Part shown: positions 35,203-41,744 of the stretch, piece by piece | How the letters are laid out: each line of letters begins with the position of its first letter | Position numbering within the stretch: position 1 is the stretch's first letter | IMG/VR virus record: IMGVR_UViG_3300049141_000006 | Location: 1-41,744 of that record | Reading direction: 5' to 3' (one strand) | Length of the DNA stretch: 41,744 nucleotides | From: a virus | Taxonomy: Duplodnaviria; Caudoviricetes | Notes under the pieces: generated by a model | What the model saw: the letters and a program-made list of their open reading frames with translations, nothing else | Database searches by the model: none | What the model was told of the DNA's origin: nothing | Program-made: the position numbers and the translations under genes

Positions 35203-36786
35203 TCAGAAGTCGTTCAGAAGGTCTTCCGTGCCGGGCATACCGGCATTGAAGACCTGGCCGTCGGCGTCTTCCCACGTGGCGACAATCGCCGTGTTCGTGT
35301 GAATGCCGTTGTCCTCACGCCACATCACGGCGCCCCAGACGGCCAGGATCATGGCGATGGCAAGGTCGATCTTCCGGCGCGAAGCCGCGTACTCCTTAGT
35401 GACTCGCGCGCCGTTCTTGTCTTCCTTCAGCACCGCATTGCCAACGTGCCGGGCAAGCGCTGGATTGCCGTCGTGCGACAGCCGACCATCCCGCGCAGCG
35501 TCGTACACGGCCTGAGTGGCTGGCACCATGCGCTTCAGCGAGTTAGTGGGGAACGCCTCAACCGGGAAGCCGTCAGCTTCGAGATTGTCGAGCGTCTCTT
35601 CCCACCGGTACGGGTCGGCCACAAGATTGCGCACCCGGAACTTGTCCAGCGACTCATGTAGCGCGTCACGGACGTCGGCCATGGGAACGCGCCAATGAAC
35701 GTCATCGGCCGGAGCTTCCCAGTGGCCGACCACGAACACGCGAAGGTCTCGGATGCGGCAAGCCACGAGCGCCGTACTGTCGCCCTTCCATGAGCCGTCG
35801 AAGCCGAGAACCACTTCGTCACCCGGCTCTAGCGGGTCATCATCCGCGGCGAGCGAATCCCACAACCCATGCGGCAGCCACGTCGACGCGCCCCGCACGA
35901 ACTGGCTCAGCCGGTAAATGCGGAAGCTCGCCTCAGTGCTCCGCTGGGCAGCAGCGCGGAAGTCGTCCGGGTTCAGAATCTCGTACGACGGATTGCAGCG
36001 CGCCCAGACTTCCGGGTCCAGGTGGTCAACGGTCTCGCCCAGCTTCGGCCCCCAGGACCGATAGAACAAAGTCGGGTCGTCGGCTTCGCCGGAGTTGACC
36101 CGCTCGCCTTGTTCGCACAGCGCGGCAAAGGGACCGTCCGGGTCAGGCCCGGCCGTCGAGATGATCAGGAACATGGGTTGGTTACGCGCCGCGGAACCCA
36201 GCGTGAGCGCGTCGAACAAGTCGCTGTTCTTGCTGAACGCGTATTCGTCGAGCGACACAGCGGCAGGGTTAAGACCTTGCTGCCGTCCGGCATCCGCGGA
36301 CACAACCCGATAGGTGTTGTCCTTGTACCGGATCACGTCTCGCTGGACTGTGCACACGGCGCTGAGCTTCGGGGAAGCGTTAACCATCTGCTTCGCCGAG
36401 TCGAAGACCATGCGAGCCTGGTTCCTGTCATTCGCGGCGGCGATGATCTGCCGCTGTGAATCTCCCCGGTCGGCAATCAAGTGATAGAGCATGATCGCCG
36501 CGGCGAGCGTGGACTTCCCGTTCTTGCGCGCCACACAGACACACACTGTGCGGTGCTTCCGGCGCCACCGGCCGAACGTGTCCTGAGTCAGCGCGTACGC
36601 GTCGACGAGAAGCTCACGCTGCCACGGAAGAAGCCGGAACGGCTGCCCGGCGAACGAGCCCGTTAGGTAGCAAAACTCTTCGATCCACTTCGCCACGCGG
36701 TAACCCTCGGAAGGGAACGGTGCGTCAGCGGGAATGTGCCGGGCGATAACCGGGTCGATGCCCTCAGCGGGCAGACGCTTCGCCAC
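35203..36786 (-). CDS. terL: Terminase large subunit
   Basis: LLPWQ, ARKNGKS Walker A, SLDE Walker B, ISTAG, GFDGS, KIDLAIA. Confidence 0.95.
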   Translation of the reverse strand: MAKRLPAEGIDPVIARHIPADAPFPSEGYRVAKWIEEFCYLTGSFAGQPFRLLPWQRELLVDAYALTQDTFGRWRRKHRTVCVCVARKNGKSTLAAAIMLYHLIADRGDSQRQIIAAANDRNQARMVFDSAKQMVNASPKLSAVCTVQRDVIRYKDNTYRVVSADAGRQQGLNPAAVSLDEYAFSKNSDLFDALTLGSAARNQPMFLIISTAGPDPDGPFAALCEQGERVNSGEADDPTLFYRSWGPKLGETVDHLDPEVWARCNPSYEILNPDDFRAAAQRSTEASFRIYRLSQFVRGASTWLPHGLWDSLAADDDPLEPGDEVVLGFDGSWKGDSTALVACRIRDLRVFVVGHWEAPADDVHWRVPMADVRDALHESLDKFRVRNLVADPYRWEETLDNLEADGFPVEAFPTNSLKRMVPATQAVYDAARDGRLSHDGNPALARHVGNAVLKEDKNGARVTKEYAASRRKIDLAIAMILAVWGAVMWREDNGIHTNTAIVATWEDADGQVFNAGMPGTEDLLNDF

Positions 36787-36814
36787 AGGCACCCCCGGAA
36801 AAATCTTGGAAAGA

Positions 36815-36830
36815 CTACTCACGTGAGTAG
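36815..36830. promoter_or_regulatory. Palindromic operator (CIR-like)
   Basis: Perfect copy between terL and the divergent insert. Confidence 0.8.
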
Positions 36831-36886
36831 GCACCCGTGTTAGGCTTCGTTCTGTCAGAACGAAGCAAGCGAAACGGAGCCCCAAG

Positions 36887-37432
36887 ATGAAGCGCCCCGC
36901 CACCACGAACCGGTACTTCGGCCAGACCCCGGACGGCCGCCACTACGTGCGGATCGTGCACGCGAGCGGTGAGCGCTACCGCACTCCGGCTTACTACACG
37001 CTTGAAATGGCCGTTGCAGACGGCGCTTGCTGGGAAGCCTTCCGGGTCAGCGAGACGCCCGCCGAGACCTACGAGCGCATGCTGCACGACGTCAACGCCC
37101 CCGCCGCCGACACGCCGGTCGAAGACCTCAACAGCGGCGACTACGTGCTTCACACGTTCACCATGAACGCCGCCGACGACCGCAAGGGAAGGCGCCTGAG
37201 TGACGACTACAAGGTGACCCGGTGGGTTCGGGTGTCCGGCGCGTGGCTCCGTGAGGCGGCGCGTGGAGACCGACCGGCACAGTACGGGTACCGGCTCGAC
37301 GGCTTCACGTTCGGCGAATTCGCCGACCAGGGTCAGACGGTAAAGGTTCTCGCCGACCCGAAGGCGCTGGAAGCCGCACAGAGTGCTTCCCGCCGGTACA
37401 ACCGGGAATGCTTCAACCGCATCGGACGCTGA
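36887..37432 (+). CDS. Hypothetical protein, reverse-oriented moron-like gene
   Basis: GGAG RBS, 181 aa with high GC3, own terminator. Confidence 0.75.
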   Translation: MKRPATTNRYFGQTPDGRHYVRIVHASGERYRTPAYYTLEMAVADGACWEAFRVSETPAETYERMLHDVNAPAADTPVEDLNSGDYVLHTFTMNAADDRKGRRLSDDYKVTRWVRVSGAWLREAARGDRPAQYGYRLDGFTFGEFADQGQTVKVLADPKALEAAQSASRRYNRECFNRIGR

Positions 37433-37439
37433 CGCTTCT

Positions 37440-37460
37440 GGGGGGCTTCGGCCCCCCTTT
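37440..37460 (+). terminator. Intrinsic terminator
   Basis: GGGGGGC TTCG GCCCCCC TTT. Confidence 0.8.
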
Positions 37461-37476
37461 GCTAAACTCACAGGTT

Positions 37477-37806
37477 ATGCAAAACGACCCGTGGTGGGTT
37501 AGCACTCCCACCGACCACTCATTGTGTGCCGTATGCCGGATGGACCCGAATGCCGAGAAACATCGGCCAATCGAGTACGCGGATGCGGGGCGCTTCTGCA
37601 AAAGCTGTAGGCAGTACAAGCCCTGGGCGGAGTACGGGCGCAACCGAAAAGGCGCTAACGGCTATGAGCCGAGTTGCAAGATATGCACCCGGGCCAAAGT
37701 GAATGCGAAGAATCGTCAGCGCAGGATCAAAAGTCTTCCGGCCCGGCCGCTACCTTCCGCGCCTCAGCGGCCACGAGACCCAGCCTCAGACGAGCCTCAG
37801 GCGTGA
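37477..37806 (+). CDS. Putative Zn-finger protein or endonuclease N-terminal remnant
   Basis: CAVC, FCKSCRQYKPWAEY..NRKG..GY..SCKIC; weak RBS; overlaps the terS 3' end. Confidence 0.45.
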   Translation: MQNDPWWVSTPTDHSLCAVCRMDPNAEKHRPIEYADAGRFCKSCRQYKPWAEYGRNRKGANGYEPSCKICTRAKVNAKNRQRRIKSLPARPLPSAPQRPRDPASDEPQA

Positions 37807-38170
37807 AGCCGATCGTCGTCTCAATGGCCCGCAGTTCCTTCTCCGTCGACTCGACGAAGCGAAGCATGGGGTGCGCGACCGGTTGGCCGTTATACCCCTC
37901 GGACATGTAGCCGTCGGCTTCGACCAGGGCTAGCAGATCAGCGCGCCGGTCGTGAAGCTCGCAGTAACGCGTGATCACGTTCCGGTCGGTATCGGGGGAG
38001 TAGGCACCCATGCCCGCCGCCCACACGTTCCGCCACACGTCCTTGCCGGTCGCCTTCAGGTGCGCGGGCACACGGGGCGCTCGACCTTCGTAGACGACGG
38101 GGGCAGGCTCAGCGACGGCAGCCGTGTTGGCATTGCCCGTGCGCATCTCTGGCGACTTCGCGCGGCTCAT
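37727..38170 (-). CDS. terS: Terminase small subunit, P27 family
   Basis: PAHL..GKDVW, YCE, AHPML, GFTPEARLRL; RBS AAGGGGG. Confidence 0.9.
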   Translation of the reverse strand: MSRAKSPEMRTGNANTAAVAEPAPVVYEGRAPRVPAHLKATGKDVWRNVWAAGMGAYSPDTDRNVITRYCELHDRRADLLALVEADGYMSEGYNGQPVAHPMLRFVESTEKELRAIETTIGFTPEARLRLGLVAAEARKVAAGPEDF

Positions 38171-38302
38171 TAGCACCCCCTTAACGGGTCGTTAACTGAC
38201 CCATTGTCGGCGGGGCGAAGGGCCGCTTGCCCAGTGTTCTCAAGGGTCGTGCCCGCTGGGGGGCCGGGGTCGGGCGTCGCACCTAGCGCGCGTATTCCGA
38301 GC

Positions 38303-38312
38303 TGGGGCCGGG
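38303..38312 (-). other. Putative cos site CCCGGCCCCA
   Basis: Between HNH and terS; matches the 10 nt cohesive end recalled for phiC31-type phages (from memory). Confidence 0.65.
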
Positions 38313-38365
38313 ATCGCCAGGCCACACGGCTGGGGACTTCGGAGCCGCTCCCCCCCTACCGTCCG

Positions 38366-38731
38366 TCAGAACGGGGGACGCTTGCGGTCGAAGTCTTCGC
38401 GCGTCTTCGCCTTGTGGCATGCCTTGCACAGCACTTGCACGTTCGACTCGATGTCTTCGCCGCCCTTGGCGAGCGGAACGATGTGGTCAATGTCCACGCC
38501 ACTCGCAAGGAACTGGCCAGGACAGCGAGCACAGCGCGCGTACTCACCGCGCTTCATCGCAGCACGAACAGCACGCCTCAGCTTTGCCGCAGCGTTGTTG
38601 CCACGAGCGATAGCAGCACGCCGCTTCGCATGACTCTTGATGCTGCGCCGTGCCGTGTAGTCAGCGTGGTGCAACTGGCAACGCCCGGCATGGGTAGCCC
38701 AGTCCCTACAGTCAAGGCAGCGGGTACGCAC
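38366..38731 (-). CDS. Packaging-associated HNH endonuclease (HK97 gp74-like)
   Basis: CARC...DIDHIVPLAKGG...NVQVLCKACHKAKT, adjacent to cos and terS. Confidence 0.9.
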   Translation of the reverse strand: MRTRCLDCRDWATHAGRCQLHHADYTARRSIKSHAKRRAAIARGNNAAAKLRRAVRAAMKRGEYARCARCPGQFLASGVDIDHIVPLAKGGEDIESNVQVLCKACHKAKTREDFDRKRPPF

Positions 38732-38768
38732 GGGGCATACCCCCTTCGCTGTAGTGGGCGGGCTCAAC

Positions 38769-38784
38769 CTACTCACGTGAGTAG
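38769..38784. promoter_or_regulatory. Palindromic operator (CIR-like)
   Basis: Perfect copy at the end of the non-coding leader. Confidence 0.8.
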
Positions 38785-38877
38785 GCTGGAAGTCTGCGGC
38801 CGGAGCGCGACGGGTTACGCCACGCCAAGGGGGTGCATGCCCTTCGTTGACCCTGTACGGGTTCGCCGACCGCTCCG

Positions 38878-38950
38878 AGCCTCCCGACGGATTCGAACCG
38901 TCGACCCCCTGATTACGAAACAGGCGCTCTGCCAACTGAGCTAGGGAGGC
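38878..38950 (-). tRNA. tRNA-Thr(CGT)
   Basis: GCCTCCC acceptor, D arm GCTC-AGTTGGCA-GAGC, loop TT-CGT-AA, T arm GACGG-TTCGAAT-CCGTC; no encoded CCA. Confidence 0.92.
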
Positions 38951-39063
38951 ATTCGGGGCTACTCGCCGCCCGCTTACCCAGTGACTAGCTGGGCAGTGAG
39001 GGCCGGTTTCACCCCAGGGAGCACGACCCACGGCCAGTCACGGCTATGCGTCTGCACCCTGCG

Positions 39064-39149
39064 TGCCGCCCGATGGACTCGAACCACCGACTTCCCCAGA
39101 CACCAATGGGCCCATGGTGGGGGCGCTCTGCCAACTGAGCTAGAGCGGC
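39064..39149 (-). ncRNA. tRNA-like RNA with an extended non-canonical anticodon arm
   Basis: Normal acceptor, D and T arms; anticodon arm CCCC-CACCA-TGGGCCCAT-TGGTG-TCT-GGGG. Confidence 0.75.
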
Positions 39150-39314
39150 ATGGGCTTCGCCGGTTCATGGTCCCGTTCCCGGATCCGTCCGGCGAAGCCT
39201 GCCAGTGCTCAACCCTGGGAGAGATCAGGGGAGCTACCGGCCAACGAAGGGCGCACTCAGTCCGCCGTACGCGTTCCGCTACTAGATGCGCGGTGCGTTC
39301 CCTTCTACCTATAT

Positions 39315-39330
39315 GAAGGGAGTCGGTGAC
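39315..39330 (-). promoter_or_regulatory. Phage-specific promoter motif, probable major late promoter
   Basis: Perfect copy at the head of the tRNA/packaging/structural operon. Confidence 0.72.
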
Positions 39331-39348
39331 CTGCTCTCAGCGCCGGGT

Positions 39349-39454
39349 GTGACGTTGCGACGCTGGGACGTCGACTTCGGATTGCCTATAGAGATGTCTT
39401 ATGTGATTCCTGAAAATGAGTAACTACGTCACAGCACCACAACCGGCTGGTCGG
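39349..39454. repeat. Duplicated iteron-flanked AT-rich element, copy 2
   Basis: 58 bp identical to 15838-15895. Confidence 0.75.
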
Positions 39455-39528
39455 GGGCTCGCCGCTGTGCGCTGCCGTGACGTAGGAACATGTAGTTAGT
39501 CTAACTAAGTATCGTGAGCCACGAGAGA

Positions 39529-39556
39529 AGGGCCGAACCCTGAGGAGTCCGGCCCT
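39529..39556 (-). terminator. Hairpin downstream of the integrase
   Basis: AGGGCCG...CGGCCCT followed by TCTCT on the minus strand. Confidence 0.5.
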
Positions 39557-39623
39557 GCCCGCTGTGTCCGTCAGCGCCCCTGAGCGCCCCTGTGAGCGCC
39601 TGCCACGCCGCCCGGCCCCCTCG

Positions 39624-41486
39624 CTACGCCGCGAGCGTCTCCGGCTCGTCCTGGGCGTCTTCCTGAGGCTTCGCCCAGTGGATGATCACGCGCTTGTCGA
39701 TGACCGGCACTCGCCCTGGCCGCTGGGTGCCCTTCGGGAGCTTGATGATCTCAATGCGGTCGATGAAGAGCTTCACGAACGCACGCCGGTCGGCCATGTC
39801 TGACTTCGCCCACCATGAGTCCGGCCCCAGCGGATCACTGCCCGGCTCGCCCAGCCATTCGCCGATCGGCAGCGTCGGGTTAGCGGCGTCGTCCATGTTG
39901 CGCAAGCGCTCCTCTGCGCCTTCCATGCGGAGCGTGTGTGCGGCTTCTTCGTCTAGGAACGCGCGCCGTCCCATGGGCCCCTTGTAGCCGCCCCTACGCC
40001 GGTCCTCGTACAGCTCTTCGAGCGCCTGTTTCGCGTCGGCGCGCTCCGCTAGCAGCTCTGCCCGCTGACCGGCCGTCTCCGGCTTCTCCGTGAGCTTGCC
40101 CCATCGCCGGGTGGCTTCCCAGAGAAGGGCAACGGTGTCTTCGTCGGCCGGGTCGGACGGGTCTACCGCGGCAATGCGCGCGAAGATTCGCCCGGCGATG
40201 AACGGGTCGAGATTGTGAATGGTGATCGAGCACGACGAGCCGTTGTGGACGTCCTTCTTGCACTTGCACGCATACGAGTCCTTCTTCGGCCCTTCGGTTT
40301 CCTCGCGCACGTTCCCGAACATCGGTCCGCCGTTGCTGTAGCCGGTCTCAGGGTCGATTTCGCCGGAGCCGTAGCAGAACAGCACTCCCATGGCACTGAG
40401 AAGGCTCTGCCCCCGGTACTGGCCTTTACCGCGCCCCCGGCCGTCGAGCCACGCTTGCAGCTCCCACCATTCCGACGGCGGGATGATCGGACCACACTCA
40501 AGCTCAATGGGCCGCATGGTCACGGGGTCGCGCTCAATGCGGTAGTGGGAGAAGCCGCCGCGGGAGCCGTCGGGCTTCGTCTTGTACACAATGCGCGCGG
40601 CGTATCCGGCGATGCGCGGGTCGCGAAGAATGCGCTTCAGCACCGACGCGTCCCAGTCGCTGTCTGCGCGCTTCTTTCCGGTGGTCTGCCCGCGGGTTGG
40701 CACCCTGTCCTGCCACAGTCGGGTGACGAGCCCGTTTAGCGAACCCGGGTGGAACGACCCGGCGCCCCCACCCTTGAACGGGGTGTCACGGTGCGCGCGG
40801 ATTTCCTGCCATAGCCAGCGAATGACTTCCGGCTCGCGCTCGTGCTTGCCGTCCCACTTCTTCGCGCCGTGGACGAGAACCTGAATCTGAACGGGCTTGT
40901 TGTTGTCATTCGGGTTGGGCACCATGCGCGATTCCGTGTCGAAGCCGTACGGAATGAAGCCGACATGCCCGCCCAGGGCGCGCGCAAGCCCCTTCGCGTC
41001 CTTGATGGCAATGGACTTGTTCTTCGACTCTTGATGCGACGCGTCGAGCCGCATAATCAAGTGGATCAAATCCATGATGTTGCCCGCGCGGAACGTGCCC
41101 TCGTTCACGCTGACAATGACCACGCCCAGGTGAAGCAATTCCGTGAGCACGGGAATGGCTTCCAGCGGGTTGGCCCGGGTGAGCCGCGAAATGTAGTGAA
41201 CGATGAGCATGTTCACGCGACCGGCGCGGCAGTCTCCGAGAAGCCGATTCCATTCGGGCCGGTCGACACCTGTGAAGGCCGAAGTGCCGGGGGCTTCGCT
41301 GTAGTGGCCTACCCACTTGAACTCAGTGCCCTCACGGCCGACTTCGCGTGCCAGCGCCTCAGCCTTCGCGTAGTTCGCCGCTCGCTGTGTGGCTGGGGAG
41401 GCTACGCTGCCGGAAGCGCGCTCAGCTGACTGCCGGTCATATCCCGCCGCGTGAATGGTCATGCCGCTGACCGTCCCTAGAGTCAT
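39624..41486 (-). CDS. int: Large serine integrase, phiC31/TG1 family (start may be ATG 41462)
   Basis: YDRQS catalytic Ser, SPATQR, GTSAF..DRPEW, ISRLTR, ILRDPRIAG, zinc-ribbon Cys, coiled coil; adjacent to att. Confidence 0.95.
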   Translation of the reverse strand: MTLGTVSGMTIHAAGYDRQSAERASGSVASPATQRAANYAKAEALAREVGREGTEFKWVGHYSEAPGTSAFTGVDRPEWNRLLGDCRAGRVNMLIVHYISRLTRANPLEAIPVLTELLHLGVVIVSVNEGTFRAGNIMDLIHLIMRLDASHQESKNKSIAIKDAKGLARALGGHVGFIPYGFDTESRMVPNPNDNNKPVQIQVLVHGAKKWDGKHEREPEVIRWLWQEIRAHRDTPFKGGGAGSFHPGSLNGLVTRLWQDRVPTRGQTTGKKRADSDWDASVLKRILRDPRIAGYAARIVYKTKPDGSRGGFSHYRIERDPVTMRPIELECGPIIPPSEWWELQAWLDGRGRGKGQYRGQSLLSAMGVLFCYGSGEIDPETGYSNGGPMFGNVREETEGPKKDSYACKCKKDVHNGSSCSITIHNLDPFIAGRIFARIAAVDPSDPADEDTVALLWEATRRWGKLTEKPETAGQRAELLAERADAKQALEELYEDRRRGGYKGPMGRRAFLDEEAAHTLRMEGAEERLRNMDDAANPTLPIGEWLGEPGSDPLGPDSWWAKSDMADRRAFVKLFIDRIEIIKLPKGTQRPGRVPVIDKRVIIHWAKPQEDAQDEPETLAA

Positions 41487-41498
41487 GTGGGCGAGATT

Positions 41499-41545
41499 AG
41501 CTCACCCAACTGGGTAACGCCAATGTCTTGCCGCTGCTGGAGATG
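41499..41545. other. Prophage attachment junction (attL, B-P'), TT core at 41522-41523 (minus strand)
   Basis: Reconstructed attP: TTCCTACCCAACTGGTGTAGACT-TT-GGCGTTACCCAGTTGGGTGAGCT; attB: ..GGCAAGACA-TT-CTCGTTCACCGGCTGGAAGGTC. Confidence 0.9.
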
Positions 41546-41744
41546 GTCACCGTCCGCTCGCGCATCCCGGGGAACGTCGCCAGCGGCACGTGCTCGGCGT
41601 CGTCGAAGACCAGGTGCTCGTACACCTCGTCCGTCACCACCAGTAGATCGCGCTCCACGGCCAGCTCGGCGATCGCGGCCAGCTCCTCGCGGGTGAGGAC
41701 CGTGCCGGTCGGGTTGTGCGGGGTGTTGATCAGCAGCAGCCGGG
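41522..41744 (-). pseudogene. dapC: 5' part of interrupted host aminotransferase (dapC-like); starts outside the window
   Basis: LINTPHNPTG...VTDEVYEHL...TISSSGKT: class I/II aminotransferase motifs. Confidence 0.85.

Larger units (their letters stand above)
128..41523 (-). mobile_element. Complete phiC31/TG1-like temperate Streptomyces prophage (~41.4 kb)
   Basis: Both att junctions, serine integrase, RDF, repressor, replication, packaging, head, tail and lysis modules in phiC31-like order with no obvious frameshifts in core genes. Confidence 0.95.

Noticed and set aside
38732-39031. N-terminal extensions of HNH, terL and repressor ORFs sharing the peptide PTHVSRL
   Set aside because: The peptide is the translated operator; the extensions cross tRNA or regulatory DNA and better RBS-linked starts lie downstream.
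38785-39063. Self-cleaving ribozyme (HDV-like/theta, hammerhead) next to the tRNAs
   Set aside because: Could not fit the HDV nested pseudoknot or hammerhead CUGANGA/GAAA core by eye; needs a covariance search.

Overview
The window holds an apparently complete ~41.4 kb temperate Streptomyces prophage of the phiC31/phiBT1/TG1 type, almost entirely on the minus strand. It is integrated by a large serine integrase at a TT core (126-127 and 41522-41523) inside a host PLP-dependent class I/II aminotransferase gene (dapC-like, the TG1-type attB), which is split two codons after the PLP lysine. Reading along the minus strand: integrase; late promoter; a ~530 nt structured non-coding leader with tRNA-Thr(CGT) and an aberrant tRNA-like gene; HNH; cos; terminase; portal, protease and capsid; tail; lysis; dNMP kinase; a micro-ORF cassette array; a three-start repressor; early genes (nuclease, gp3-like RDF, HNH, P4-type primase-helicase, DNA polymerase I, sigma-like factor); and an accessory end (lipoprotein, DUF2637/Spd-like membrane protein, GntR regulator, a paralog pair). 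Two motif families are dispersed through it: 18 copies of the palindrome CTACTCACGTGAGTAG (likely repressor operators) and 12 co-oriented copies of GTCACCGACTCCCTTC (likely phage-specific promoters). The most novel-looking signals are: (i) the promoter core is an anti-Shine-Dalgarno that can pair with the next gene's RBS at most copies, suggesting a genome-wide translational lock on read-through transcripts; (ii) two non-canonical tRNA-like RNAs and a large structured leader; (iii) a duplicated iteron-flanked AT-rich element; (iv) a streptococcal hyaluronidase-like tail fibre domain. All calls were made by eye; no database search or folding program was run.
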